Assembly (NCBI GenBank): GCA_052035175.1 | Contig: JBPOHV010000001.1 | Location: 233,569 to 297,568 of the forward strand | Length of the DNA stretch: 64,000 bases | DNA from: a candidate division WWE3 bacterium | Lineage (GTDB): Bacteria; Patescibacteriota; WWE3; UBA101185; UBA10185 | Direction: 5' to 3' | Shown here: positions 20,772 to 30,942 of the stretch, in pieces | Position numbering within the stretch: position 1 is the first letter of the stretch | How the letters are laid out: each line of letters opens with the position of its first letter | The notes under the pieces: model-generated | Databases searched by the model: none | Told to the model about the DNA's origin: nothing | The model's input: only the letters and a program-made list of their open reading frames with translations | Translations under genes and position numbers: made by a program

Positions 20772-21965
20772 TTAAATGTTCTGTTTCAATAGATCATCAT
20801 ATATATGTATTGTTTGTTTTGCCGTTTCTTCCCAAGAATACTTGTCTACAAGGCTTTTAACAAATTCGTTAGTCCTTTTAGTTTTGTTTGCAGCTTTAAG
20901 TAAGCTAGCTTGAATAGATTCGATATCATTTGGTTTACAGTACTCAGCATTATCACCAAGATATTCATAGACCCTTTTGCATGTTGTGATCACATTCATA
21001 TCACATACAGCAGCTTCAATAGTTGTAAGTCCCATTGTTTCAAACCAACTTGGCTGAATACCTATAGTACAGGCGTGCATCGCTGAAGCAACCAATTCAA
21101 AAGGCAACTTATCGAGATAATAAAATCTTTTATTATCAATCTTATTTTTAAATCTTATAAAATATTCTGGATGATAGAGATTTTTTTCGCCGATGAACAA
21201 AACTTTCCACGCGTCCATTTGGTTTTTGGCGTACAAATTTTCTACCGCTTCGATTACACTAAGTTGATTTTTTCTAGGTTCTATTCTGCCAGTACACAAG
21301 ATAGTTTTTGAAAAGTCTACAGTGTGTTGATACTTTTCAAAAAAGTATTTCTCAAATTCTGCAGATCCTGCTTTTTTTATAACGTTGGTATTTACTCCCA
21401 GTACTACTTTTTGTGTATTTATATCTGTAATCCCAAAATCATTTTTAATTTCTTGCGCTTCTATATCTGTTTGAACCAAAATAACGTCAGCGCTTTTCAA
21501 AACGGCTTTTTGTGTATTTCGAAAACCATTTTTTATTTGTAGTAATGTTGGATTTAGTTTTTCTTTATATATAAAAGATCGATAAATATTTTTTAAAATG
21601 TCTCTATGTTCTTGTGACCTAATAAAAAAGTTTACAAACCGTCTTAAGTCGTATCTATATTTATCTTCATAGAGTTCTACTTCAGAGTACGAGTGGTGTA
21701 TAGCAGATAAAACTAGCGGTTTGTTAAATTTCTTCGCCCACAAAGCTTGTGGATAGGTTTCACAAATCCAATCTAAATTAAACAAATTGACTATATCGTA
21801 GTTCTCAATTTCTTTATTATTTATTTCTGTTGAAATGTCTATTTGAAATCTGGGGTCAATTGCTTCTATATATTTTTTTGTATTTTCAATCTGAAAAGTA
21901 TCGCCACCTCTTTTTTTGAAAAGATCAACACGCGATTGAAATAGCACCTTTATTTTGTCAGCCAT
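20772..21965 (-). CDS. Glycosyltransferase family 4 (GT-B)
   Basis: C-terminal E-x7-E-like motif (ETMGLTTIEAA). Confidence 0.7.
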   Translation of the reverse strand: MADKIKVLFQSRVDLFKKRGGDTFQIENTKKYIEAIDPRFQIDISTEINNKEIENYDIVNLFNLDWICETYPQALWAKKFNKPLVLSAIHHSYSEVELYEDKYRYDLRRFVNFFIRSQEHRDILKNIYRSFIYKEKLNPTLLQIKNGFRNTQKAVLKSADVILVQTDIEAQEIKNDFGITDINTQKVVLGVNTNVIKKAGSAEFEKYFFEKYQHTVDFSKTILCTGRIEPRKNQLSVIEAVENLYAKNQMDAWKVLFIGEKNLYHPEYFIRFKNKIDNKRFYYLDKLPFELVASAMHACTIGIQPSWFETMGLTTIEAAVCDMNVITTCKRVYEYLGDNAEYCKPNDIESIQASLLKAANKTKRTNEFVKSLVDKYSWEETAKQTIHIYDDLLKQNI

Positions 21966-21988
21966 ACGTCAATTATATCGCAGATTGC

Positions 21989-22702
21989 TCATTTTATAGT
22001 TGTTTTATACATAGCTATACCTGCGGCTACCGATAGATTTAGAGAATCAATATTATCTCCGTGTGGTATGAATACGCTTTGCCCATAATCTTTGTATTCT
22101 CTTGGCAAACCTGCTCCTTCGTTTCCAAATACTAGTGTGTAGTGTTTTTTGTATTTCACTTGTTCTATACTTTGTGCGCCGTCTAACATAAATGTATAAA
22201 TGTTGTGTTTGGCAAATCTCTTTTTATAATCTTCAAAGTCGGTGAAATATTGGCATTTTACTTCAAAAAACGCACCCATCGAAGATCTGATAACCATAGC
22301 ATCAAATATATCAACTCCTGGTTTGATAATAGCTAGGTCGTGAAATCCAAATCCAGCCATTGTACGTATGATTGTGCCTAGATTTCCGGTATTTGTAGGA
22401 TTTACTAACATTATATGATTTTGGTCTTTATCTATGCGTTCTTCATATTTTTCAAATATGCCTATCGCATAGGTGTTTTCTTTGGCGGAGATGCGTTCTA
22501 TGGCTTTGCTAACGAATTCATAAGGTACATTATTAGCTTCGCACAAGGCTACCAATTTCCTTACATGATCGCTTTTTCTGCCTTTTTCATGCAGCATTAT
22601 CTTTATAATCTGTTCTTTTTTATATTTGAACAGATCTAACGTAGGGAATAGCCCATATGTATATGCGTGATTAAATTGTTTTTTATATTTCCTAGCTTTC
22701 AT
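21989..22702 (-). CDS. SpoU/TrmH-family RNA 2'-O-methyltransferase
   Basis: NPTNTGNLGTIIRTMAGFG and VFGNEGAGL motifs. Confidence 0.75.
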   Translation of the reverse strand: MKARKYKKQFNHAYTYGLFPTLDLFKYKKEQIIKIMLHEKGRKSDHVRKLVALCEANNVPYEFVSKAIERISAKENTYAIGIFEKYEERIDKDQNHIMLVNPTNTGNLGTIIRTMAGFGFHDLAIIKPGVDIFDAMVIRSSMGAFFEVKCQYFTDFEDYKKRFAKHNIYTFMLDGAQSIEQVKYKKHYTLVFGNEGAGLPREYKDYGQSVFIPHGDNIDSLNLSVAAGIAMYKTTIK

Positions 22703-23801
22703 ATTTACCTTTTAGGTTACTTCCTGACCGAAGTATTTCTATTACTCTAGTATATACCCTTAAATTGTGCAAAGAAGCAAGTAAATGCGCTGTCGAGTCT
22801 TTGAGTTTGAATAAATGATGCAGGTATGCTTTTGAGTAGTTTTGGCACGTAATACAGTCACAAGAGCTATCTATTGGGGCAAAATCGTTGACATATTTAT
22901 GTTTCAATATATGAACATATTTGTAGTTATCTTTATTAAGGATATCTACCTGTGTTTGTGGTGGTGTATCAAAAGTATAGAGTCTTGCGTGTCTGGCATC
23001 TCGCGTAGGTAATGTGCAGTCAAACAAATCCCATCCAAAGCTTGCGCATTTGGCAATTTGATAAGGAGTTCCTAATCCCAGTCCAAACTTTGGTTTTGTC
23101 TCAGGTATTATGTTTGCAAGGTACTCAGCTGTTTCGTAGTCAAGGTCTCTTTCTGCAGTATCAAAAGTATGTCCACCCCACCCATAAATATCAAACCCAA
23201 TAGCTTCTAGAGCGTCAATGCATTGTTTACGCAGTAACTTACTGCTTCCACCCTGTACGACTCCCATAAGCATAGGTCGTTCTTGTTCATGTATATTCCT
23301 TATTTCTATTTGTTTTTCAAATTCGACCTTGCATCGAGACGCCCACGCAATTGTTCGTTCGACTGTTTTTTCGAGCTGTGCATGTGTCGCGTTTGGAAGT
23401 GAGTAATCGTCTAGACATATAATTATATCGCTGCCAATATCAAATTGTGCGTTTATACAAAACTCTGGACTATACAAAGGCATATTTAGTTTCAAGTCTA
23501 TTCCATCATCGCTTATGGTTGCAGCAGTTTTTGCATTGCCTACCTTTTTTGATATAAGTGAGTATACTTGCCAGCCACCAGAGTCACTAGATACAAGCCC
23601 ATCAAAGTTCATAAACTTTTTTATACCACCAGCTTTTTTAATAATCTCTATTGTTGGTGTATTTATCAAATGAAATGTATTTACCATTAGACTATCTATT
23701 TTGACTTGTGATAAATAGTTTATAGGTAAGCCTTTTACAACAGCTCTAGTAGCATCTGGTAAAAAAGCAGGTGTAGTGTAAGTTTTATTTTTTATAATCA
23801 T
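22692..23801 (-). CDS. tgt: Queuine tRNA-ribosyltransferase (tRNA-guanine transglycosylase)
   Basis: CDCITCQNYSKAYLHHL zinc motif and catalytic-region motifs. Length 369 aa. Confidence 0.85.
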   Translation of the reverse strand: MIIKNKTYTTPAFLPDATRAVVKGLPINYLSQVKIDSLMVNTFHLINTPTIEIIKKAGGIKKFMNFDGLVSSDSGGWQVYSLISKKVGNAKTAATISDDGIDLKLNMPLYSPEFCINAQFDIGSDIIICLDDYSLPNATHAQLEKTVERTIAWASRCKVEFEKQIEIRNIHEQERPMLMGVVQGGSSKLLRKQCIDALEAIGFDIYGWGGHTFDTAERDLDYETAEYLANIIPETKPKFGLGLGTPYQIAKCASFGWDLFDCTLPTRDARHARLYTFDTPPQTQVDILNKDNYKYVHILKHKYVNDFAPIDSSCDCITCQNYSKAYLHHLFKLKDSTAHLLASLHNLRVYTRVIEILRSGSNLKGKYES

Positions 23802-25066
23802 TTGGCGCTTAGGTCTAAAGTGTCGAGGAATACTTTGAGTTCTTGTGCAACTTTTTCATTATCTTTGTTTTCTATAGAGACTATAAACACTCGTTTTTCG
23901 ATTGGTTGTTTTATATACAAGAGTGTATTTTTTTGCCATGTGTATCCATAAAGATACAACCCATAATAGGGTAATACACCAACTTCGATATTTTCTTCTG
24001 AGATTTCCGCAGGTTTGCCAGTTACAACTAAATAATCGTCTTTGAGCAAAGTTTTTTGATTTGACACAAAGCTATCAAAATTCATTTTTGAAAGTTCAGC
24101 GTTAAACAATGTATAACCTCCGATTTTATTGTTATTCTCGGTTATATATACACTTAGCAATGGTGTAACACTCGCAGGTGGAATTGATGCAAAGCAACAA
24201 GTTGTATCTGCAGTTTTAGAATATTTAAATTTTATTCCATAGTTAAACCCTTTTACTTCATACGTGAAATATGGGCTTAATTCTTCTTCTGTGAATATTG
24301 TTTTGATAAAGCTAAGAGATGTTAATAATTCATTTGTTATACCGCGATACTTTTGAATAATGCCTACATCACCATTGTAAATTTGTGTAATTTCGTAAAA
24401 TTTTCCCTCGTGTTCTACAAAGTTTATAGTGTAATTTGGTTCGCAGTTGATTACATCAAAGGTTTTCGCAGGTTTATTATTGATGGTTGTGTCTATTATT
24501 TCGCTAATTGTTGCTGTAGAGACACATTTGGCAATCATACTTTGTTTTTTTGTTTCTGCTACAGTGGTTAATGTGCGCTTTTCTAAAATTAGCGGTGTAA
24601 CTCTTATGATATAACCTTCTATCAAGTCTTGATCGCTAGATAACATATCTGTTTTGGGATTAATTAGTTTATGTACTTCCAAGTAATTATTTGTTGTATC
24701 AAATCCTGATGGTTCTACAACTACAGCATCTGCCGGATATTTAAATGTAATTTTGAGGCCATCATTAGAATACAGATTCATTGATGTGACGGTTTCATCG
24801 CGTTTATCTATGGCTACTTCTTGGGCGTCATTTTTGACTAATATTTTGCGATTATTTTCTCTTATTTTATTGATAACAACTACAAATATGATCAGTGTTA
24901 TTAAAGCTGCTACTCCAAGACCAAAAAACTTTATAAAAGTTCCAAAAATCAATTTTTTTCGTTTTATGTCTTTGAGTCTTTCTGGAGTTATACCTTCAGT
25001 TGGCGTATTTGGAATAGTGACGTCATCTAATTCGCTTACTATGCTTGGTTGGTCGTTGTCGTTCAT
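23798..25066 (-). CDS. Hypothetical membrane-anchored extracytoplasmic protein
   Basis: Single TM helix after an about 40-aa cytoplasmic N-terminus. Translationally coupled to lysS upstream and tgt downstream by 4-nt overlaps. Confidence 0.5.
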   Translation of the reverse strand: MNDNDQPSIVSELDDVTIPNTPTEGITPERLKDIKRKKLIFGTFIKFFGLGVAALITLIIFVVVINKIRENNRKILVKNDAQEVAIDKRDETVTSMNLYSNDGLKITFKYPADAVVVEPSGFDTTNNYLEVHKLINPKTDMLSSDQDLIEGYIIRVTPLILEKRTLTTVAETKKQSMIAKCVSTATISEIIDTTINNKPAKTFDVINCEPNYTINFVEHEGKFYEITQIYNGDVGIIQKYRGITNELLTSLSFIKTIFTEEELSPYFTYEVKGFNYGIKFKYSKTADTTCCFASIPPASVTPLLSVYITENNNKIGGYTLFNAELSKMNFDSFVSNQKTLLKDDYLVVTGKPAEISEENIEVGVLPYYGLYLYGYTWQKNTLLYIKQPIEKRVFIVSIENKDNEKVAQELKVFLDTLDLSAK

Positions 25067-27150
25067 AACTGCATCTTTTTAAAGATATCTATCATAAATT
25101 CTACATGTTTCTCAAAACTTTCGCCAAAATGTTGGAGGCCGTAATTTATATCATCTCTGCTTACTTTTGCGGCAAAAGCTTTATCTTTAAACTTCTTTTT
25201 TACAGATGATGCGTTCATACCGTCTAATCTGTCTGGTCTCATAAGTGCATATGCATATATAAGCCCTGATAATTCGTCTGTTGCTATAAGAGCTGCTGCC
25301 AGTTTTGTTTGTGGTTCTACTTTGGTTTTATCAAAATAATGCGCAAGAACTGCGTGTATAGATTCTTCGGGGAATCCCCATTCTTTAAACCATTCAGCTT
25401 CTTGGTTTGGATGCTCTTCTGGAAATTCAAAATAATCCAAATCGTGTAAAAGTCCTGTTATATACCAAAGGTCTTTATTTTCTCCAAAAACGTCTGCGTA
25501 TGCATCTAGCACATTCGCTACCATATTGGCGTGTAGCTTTTGATAATCGTCTTTGACGTATTTTTCCAAAAGAGATTGCGCGTGTTCACGGTTGAACTCT
25601 TTAACAAAGTCTTTTTCTAAAGTTGTTTTCACTTTTGTTTGTTCTGGAGATTTCAACCCATAAATTTCTTTTGTAGTGTCATCGAGCTTTCTGCGCATTT
25701 GTGGAAAGAGCGTACCTTCACGTGCAGTTACGCCTTCCAAAAACCAAAACAATCTTTCGCTATGCCCATAACCCGATGTAGGTGGCATTCCGTATTCGAG
25801 CATTTCGACATAATCAATGTCTAGCATTTGTGCTTCATCGTCTCCTTCTTCTCGTTGTCCTTGTTGTTCTTTAAATCTATCTAGTTGATCAAATGGTTCA
25901 TTCAATTCAGAATAGCCATTTCCCAATTCGCTACCTGCCAAAATAATGTGAAATCGTTCAGTTAAATTTGGGTTGTCGGTTTTTGATTTGGCGAGAGGTG
26001 ACATAAACTTTGGTTCGTTCACCAAAAACGCAGGTCCAGCTATAGTCTTTCTGATCAATTTCCATAAATTATCTATTAACCGATTTCTATTTATAGTTCC
26101 GGGTAATTCTACTTTGTTTGCTTTTAAAATTTTTAAGATATCTTCATTCGAAGATTCAAAAATATCTATACCATAAGTTTCTTTAATTATTTTTACGTAA
26201 TCTATTTCTTTCCATTCATCAGCTAGGTCAAATGTGTGTCCAGATTTTTCAAACTTTGTTTTGCCGTAAACTTTATTTGCAACGTATCTAAACATTTCTT
26301 TTACCAATTCCATATTGTTTCGATAATCGGCATACGCCCAGTACCATTCTATCTGATAAAACTCTTGTAAATGTTCATCGTCAATTCCTTCGTTTCTAAA
26401 GTTTGGTCCAAGAGTAAATATTTTTTCAAAGCCACCGCCAATTAATCTTTTTTGATAAAGCTCTGTTGAGATTCTTAGATAAAAATCCTCATCTAGAGCA
26501 TCATGGTGTGTTACAAATGGTTTGGCATCAGCACCTCCTGTAACTTGTTCCATTACAGGTGTTTCTACTTCTATAAATCCTTTGCTTTTCAAAAACTCTC
26601 TGTTTGCTTCCCAAAATAGTGATTTTCTTTCAAACATTTGCCTTACTTCAGGGTTTACAAGTAAATCTAGATATCTCCTTCTGTATCTTACGTCTTGATC
26701 TTTTAATCCACTGTGTTTGTCTGGTAGTGGTCTTAGTGATTTTGTTAATAGTGTAAGTTTTTTTACGAGAATAGAGACTTCGCCAGTCTTTGTTTTTGTG
26801 ATGACTCCGTATACTTGTAAAATATCTCCGATATCTAGCAGCTTTAAATCTTCAAATCCTAGTGTTTGCTCATTTTTATTTGTATTCTGAATTTCTTCAC
26901 TTTTTATATAAAGTTGAATTTTCCCCGACTGGTCTTGCAAGTCACAAAAAGTTAAATTCCCATGTTCTCTTAAAGACATCAATCTACCAGCCAGAAAATA
27001 TTCTTTATTTTCGTGTAAATCAAAATTTTCAAGAATATCTGCAATAGCTAAATCCTTTTTTGAGTGAGCTGGGTAAGGATCTATTCCCAAAGATCTGAGC
27101 TTGTTTAACTTTTTTATTCTTTCGTCTCGGAATTCTTTTAATGTTGCCAT
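25063..27150 (-). CDS. lysS: Lysyl-tRNA synthetase (class II) fused to a C-terminal HD-domain phosphohydrolase
   Basis: Class II LysRS core. The N-terminal OB fold and catalytic motifs end around FPQMRRK. An extra about 200 aa follows, carrying an H...HD...H...H...D HD signature (LLHDLD). Confidence 0.8.
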   Translation of the reverse strand: MATLKEFRDERIKKLNKLRSLGIDPYPAHSKKDLAIADILENFDLHENKEYFLAGRLMSLREHGNLTFCDLQDQSGKIQLYIKSEEIQNTNKNEQTLGFEDLKLLDIGDILQVYGVITKTKTGEVSILVKKLTLLTKSLRPLPDKHSGLKDQDVRYRRRYLDLLVNPEVRQMFERKSLFWEANREFLKSKGFIEVETPVMEQVTGGADAKPFVTHHDALDEDFYLRISTELYQKRLIGGGFEKIFTLGPNFRNEGIDDEHLQEFYQIEWYWAYADYRNNMELVKEMFRYVANKVYGKTKFEKSGHTFDLADEWKEIDYVKIIKETYGIDIFESSNEDILKILKANKVELPGTINRNRLIDNLWKLIRKTIAGPAFLVNEPKFMSPLAKSKTDNPNLTERFHIILAGSELGNGYSELNEPFDQLDRFKEQQGQREEGDDEAQMLDIDYVEMLEYGMPPTSGYGHSERLFWFLEGVTAREGTLFPQMRRKLDDTTKEIYGLKSPEQTKVKTTLEKDFVKEFNREHAQSLLEKYVKDDYQKLHANMVANVLDAYADVFGENKDLWYITGLLHDLDYFEFPEEHPNQEAEWFKEWGFPEESIHAVLAHYFDKTKVEPQTKLAAALIATDELSGLIYAYALMRPDRLDGMNASSVKKKFKDKAFAAKVSRDDINYGLQHFGESFEKHVEFMIDIFKKMQL

Positions 27151-27234
27151 ACGAAGGCAATTTTAACACATTACTGTGCTAAAAAAACATGTTTTAAGCT
27201 GAAATCATTTGGTATTTTACAGATCAAGTGTACT

Positions 27235-27693
27235 TCAGTTTACTTTGAGTACTGTGTATGTAATTATGCCTATAGGAGCATCGACTTCGATTTTATCTCC
27301 GACTTTTTTACCTATTAAGGCTTTACCTAATGGTGATTCGTGTGAGATTTTTTTATTGATAGGGTCAGCTTCTGGACCGCCTACGATAACGAATATTTCT
27401 TCGTCTCCTTCGACGTGTACAGTTACTTGAGAACCTACACCTACAGTACCAGTTGATGTGTCGGCTACTACTGCTGATTTTATAATGTCTTCCAACTCAA
27501 CAACACGGCCTTCTATAAAAGCTTGTTCTTGTCTTGCCAAATCGTATTCAGCATTTTCTGAAATGTCTCCCATTTCACGAGCTGTTTGAATACGTTTTGC
27601 TATTTCAGGTCTTTTCAAATCGATGAGCTCTTTGAGCTCATTTTTTAATTTATCTAAACCTTCTTTTGTTAAATATAGTTTGTTATTATCCAT
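27235..27693 (-). CDS. greA: Transcription elongation factor GreA
   Basis: Coiled-coil N-terminus. A C-terminal FKBP-like domain. Confidence 0.85.
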   Translation of the reverse strand: MDNNKLYLTKEGLDKLKNELKELIDLKRPEIAKRIQTAREMGDISENAEYDLARQEQAFIEGRVVELEDIIKSAVVADTSTGTVGVGSQVTVHVEGDEEIFVIVGGPEADPINKKISHESPLGKALIGKKVGDKIEVDAPIGIITYTVLKVN

Positions 27694-27897
27694 AATTTTT
27701 TCTTTCTTAATGGTTCATACAATTTATCAAATAAAAATACCCCAACTACTTAACATGATCGTGGGGCTTCTTGTTCGAAAACATATTGCTTGAACGAAAA
27801 GAATAGTAACATTTATGGTCCTCTATGTCAATCAAATCTCAGGCGAGTTAATTGATAGAATTTCCCTCAGCTGGGCCATTTTTGATACATTTTATGT

Positions 27898-27907
27898 GTG
27901 CTATAAT
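27898..27907 (+). promoter_or_regulatory. Extended -10 promoter element (TGcTATAAT) for pepF, putatively leaderless
   Basis: TGn + TATAAT, 9 nt upstream of the ATG at 27916. No Shine-Dalgarno. Confidence 0.4.
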
Positions 27908-27915
27908 TTGCCACA

Positions 27916-29709
27916 ATGGCGGTATCTTACCTTACAAAATGGAATCTTTCAGACTTTTATAAATCAGATACAGATCCACAAATAGACTTGGATGTAGACT
28001 CTTTTAAAACCAAAGCCGAAGCGTTTATTTCCAAATGGAAAGCTCGATCAGACTATATGTCTAGCGCTGATGGCCTTTTGGAGTTATTAGTTGAAATCGA
28101 AGACTTGCGTTCTTTTGGGTCTGAGCCATTTTACTATTTATATTTGCGTCGTAATCAAGACGACAAAAATGAGTATATAAAAGCAAAGTCTAATAAGATC
28201 GAAGAGATTTCAACAAAAATAAGCAATGACCTTGAATTTTTGACTCAAAACATTTCTAGATTACCCAAAGATAAACAAGAGTTATTTTTATCAGACAAAA
28301 AACTTACCAATTATCATTATGCATTAAAAAATATGTTTGAAACTGCTAAGTATAAGTTAGGTGAAGAAGCTGAACAAGTAGACAATCTTTTATCAAAGTT
28401 GGCATTTAGTGATTGGACAACTATGGTTGAAGAAAAATTGTCTGGGAATACTAAATCTGTTGCGTTAGAAAATTCTATAAAAAAGAAATACACATATACG
28501 CAGTTGTTTCCTTTTATAGAAAACAAAGACAAAGAAATCAGACATAAGGCAGCCAAAGCCATTAATGCAATTATGCGAGAAGTCGCAGAATTCGCTCTAT
28601 ACGAGTTGAATGCTGTTTTGGCATACAAAAAAATAGAAGATGACTTGAGAAAATATTCTCGTCCAGACGCATCGACCTTAATCTCTGATGATATAGATTT
28701 TGATGTAATAGATGCTTTACTAGACGTAGTATCTGCAAATAATACACAAGCCCATGCATTTTATGAGTTCAAGGCCCGCTTGTTAGGGTTACCTTTTTTG
28801 GAATACTACGAACGGGGTTTGAGTTATGGAGACATTACAAAAGATTATACTTTTGACGATGGCGTTACTATTGTAAATAAAGTTTTTGAAAAGCTAGACA
28901 AAGACTTTAGTGATATTTTTATTTCTTTATTGAAAGGTGGAAAATTTGACGTTTTTCCAGAGTTGGGTAAATCTGGTGGGGCTTTTTGTTTGCCGATGAA
29001 CAAAAACTTTCCGGCTTTTATTTTATTGAATCATACAAACAAATTAGATGACGTTACTACAATAGCGCACGAAATGGGACATGCTATCAACAATGTCTAT
29101 ATGATGCGTGCACAAACCGAGTTTAATGTTGGTAGTTCATTGGCGACAGCAGAAGTGGCAAGTACTTTTATGGAAGACTTTGTTTATACGCATCTTCTTG
29201 AAGGTGTATCTGATGAAGATAGACTAACTTTACTTATCAAAAAGCTCGACGTAGTTTTTAGTGCGATTCATAGGCAAGTTGCATGTTATAAGTTTGAGCA
29301 AAGTTTGCATACTGCTTATAGACAAACTGGTTATATTTCTCAAGAAAATATCGGCCAATTATTTACAAAGCATATGTCTGCCTATATGGGTCCTGCTGTA
29401 AAACAAACTGCTGGCTCTGAGAATTGGTGGGTTTATTGGAGCCATATTCGTAGCTTTTTTTACGTGTATTCATATGCAAGTGGTCATTTAATTTCGATGT
29501 CGATGCAACGTAAGTTGCGTGAAGATAAAACGTTTATAAACGAGATTAAAAAGTTTTTATCTAGTGGAATTTCTCGATCTCCAAAAGATATCTTTCTAGA
29601 TCTTGGTATCGATATTTCTAGCAAAGTCTTTTGGGAAGAAGGTATGAAAGAAATAGATACGATGTATCAAGAAGCAGTTTCGTTAGCAAAAAAGCTTGGT
29701 AAGATATAA
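27916..29709 (+). CDS. pepF: Oligoendopeptidase F (M3B family)
   Basis: HEMGH zinc motif, about 600 aa. Confidence 0.8.
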   Translation: MAVSYLTKWNLSDFYKSDTDPQIDLDVDSFKTKAEAFISKWKARSDYMSSADGLLELLVEIEDLRSFGSEPFYYLYLRRNQDDKNEYIKAKSNKIEEISTKISNDLEFLTQNISRLPKDKQELFLSDKKLTNYHYALKNMFETAKYKLGEEAEQVDNLLSKLAFSDWTTMVEEKLSGNTKSVALENSIKKKYTYTQLFPFIENKDKEIRHKAAKAINAIMREVAEFALYELNAVLAYKKIEDDLRKYSRPDASTLISDDIDFDVIDALLDVVSANNTQAHAFYEFKARLLGLPFLEYYERGLSYGDITKDYTFDDGVTIVNKVFEKLDKDFSDIFISLLKGGKFDVFPELGKSGGAFCLPMNKNFPAFILLNHTNKLDDVTTIAHEMGHAINNVYMMRAQTEFNVGSSLATAEVASTFMEDFVYTHLLEGVSDEDRLTLLIKKLDVVFSAIHRQVACYKFEQSLHTAYRQTGYISQENIGQLFTKHMSAYMGPAVKQTAGSENWWVYWSHIRSFFYVYSYASGHLISMSMQRKLREDKTFINEIKKFLSSGISRSPKDIFLDLGIDISSKVFWEEGMKEIDTMYQEAVSLAKKLGKI

Positions 29710-30940
29710 TTGGCATTTGTGCGAAGACTTCCTTATAATGGTATTAATGAAAATTCTTGATTTATCCAAAGAACAGCCTTCTATATCTTCAATTTCTGAA
29801 ACTCACGTGCAGCATCATCCAAGACTACGCGCAGTTTTAATCATTTTATTGGTTAATATACTTGTATTTGGTGTAGGTGCTTTTATTTGGGTTGTTGTTT
29901 TGAAAAAGACTCCAAATACTATATTGAACCCATTAGCAAATGATTCTATCAACGTTACAGATAAATCTAATAAAGTACAAAATCCAATAACGGGTGAATT
30001 ATCAGAAGAGTTTCAAGCCTTAGCTTGGAAAGATTTACGTCCGTTGGGGGTTATGGTTAACAATTATGTTGATGCAAGACCACAGTCAGGTTTGATTGAT
30101 GCTGATGTGGTTTATGAAATAGTTGCGGAAGGTGGTATTACAAGATTCTTAGCTTTTTACTTATCTAAAACTCCAGAAAAGATAGGACCGGTGCGCAGTA
30201 CACGCGAGTACTATTTAGTTTTAGTGAAAGAGTTGGGAGATGCAATGCTCATGCATATTGGATGGTCACCACAAGCTTTGGAAGCTATCGAAACTTGGCC
30301 GGTTCGCAGTCTTGGTCGTGGTGGTGGTAGCTTTTGGCGAGATCAAGCGAGAATAGATGCGGGTGTTGCTATCGAACATACAGCATATGTCAACGGAAAT
30401 GACTTACGTGTAGTAGGTGATAGCCTTGGTTGGCAAGGAAAACGTGATTTTCAGACTTATAAGTTTAAAGATATAGAAAATATAGATAAAACCCGCCCAT
30501 GTTTGATAGGTGAGTGCTCATCAATTTCAATAGATTTTTGGTATGCAGGAGATTATTCTGCAATATGGAATTACAATCGTGAGGCCAATACTTATTTGCG
30601 ATCTGCTGGTTATGATTCAGACAACAAGCCTATACCACATTTAGATCAAGAAACTAACAAACAAATAGAAATAAAGAATCTTATTGTTCAATTTGTACCA
30701 GAAGTTGCTATAGAGGGTGATGATAAAAATAGATTGACGTATGAGTTGGTTGGTACAGGCTCGGGTATAGTTTTTATAGATGGTAAAGCTATAGAAGTAA
30801 CATGGAGAAAAGACGAACGCGATAGTCGCACATTATTTTATGACACAAATGGAAATGAGGTAGAGTTTAATCGTGGTAAGTTTTGGGTAAGCATAGTACC
30901 CGATAGAAATGTTTCACAAGTAGTGTATACTTCGCAGTAA
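29696..30940 (+). CDS. DUF3048-like (YerB-like) membrane-anchored protein
   Basis: TM helix and an EGGITRFLAFY-like motif. The true start is probably an internal Met (29738 or 29747), because the ORF overlaps the end of pepF. Confidence 0.45.
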   Translation: MVRYNWHLCEDFLIMVLMKILDLSKEQPSISSISETHVQHHPRLRAVLIILLVNILVFGVGAFIWVVVLKKTPNTILNPLANDSINVTDKSNKVQNPITGELSEEFQALAWKDLRPLGVMVNNYVDARPQSGLIDADVVYEIVAEGGITRFLAFYLSKTPEKIGPVRSTREYYLVLVKELGDAMLMHIGWSPQALEAIETWPVRSLGRGGGSFWRDQARIDAGVAIEHTAYVNGNDLRVVGDSLGWQGKRDFQTYKFKDIENIDKTRPCLIGECSSISIDFWYAGDYSAIWNYNREANTYLRSAGYDSDNKPIPHLDQETNKQIEIKNLIVQFVPEVAIEGDDKNRLTYELVGTGSGIVFIDGKAIEVTWRKDERDSRTLFYDTNGNEVEFNRGKFWVSIVPDRNVSQVVYTSQ

Positions 30941-30942
30941 GT

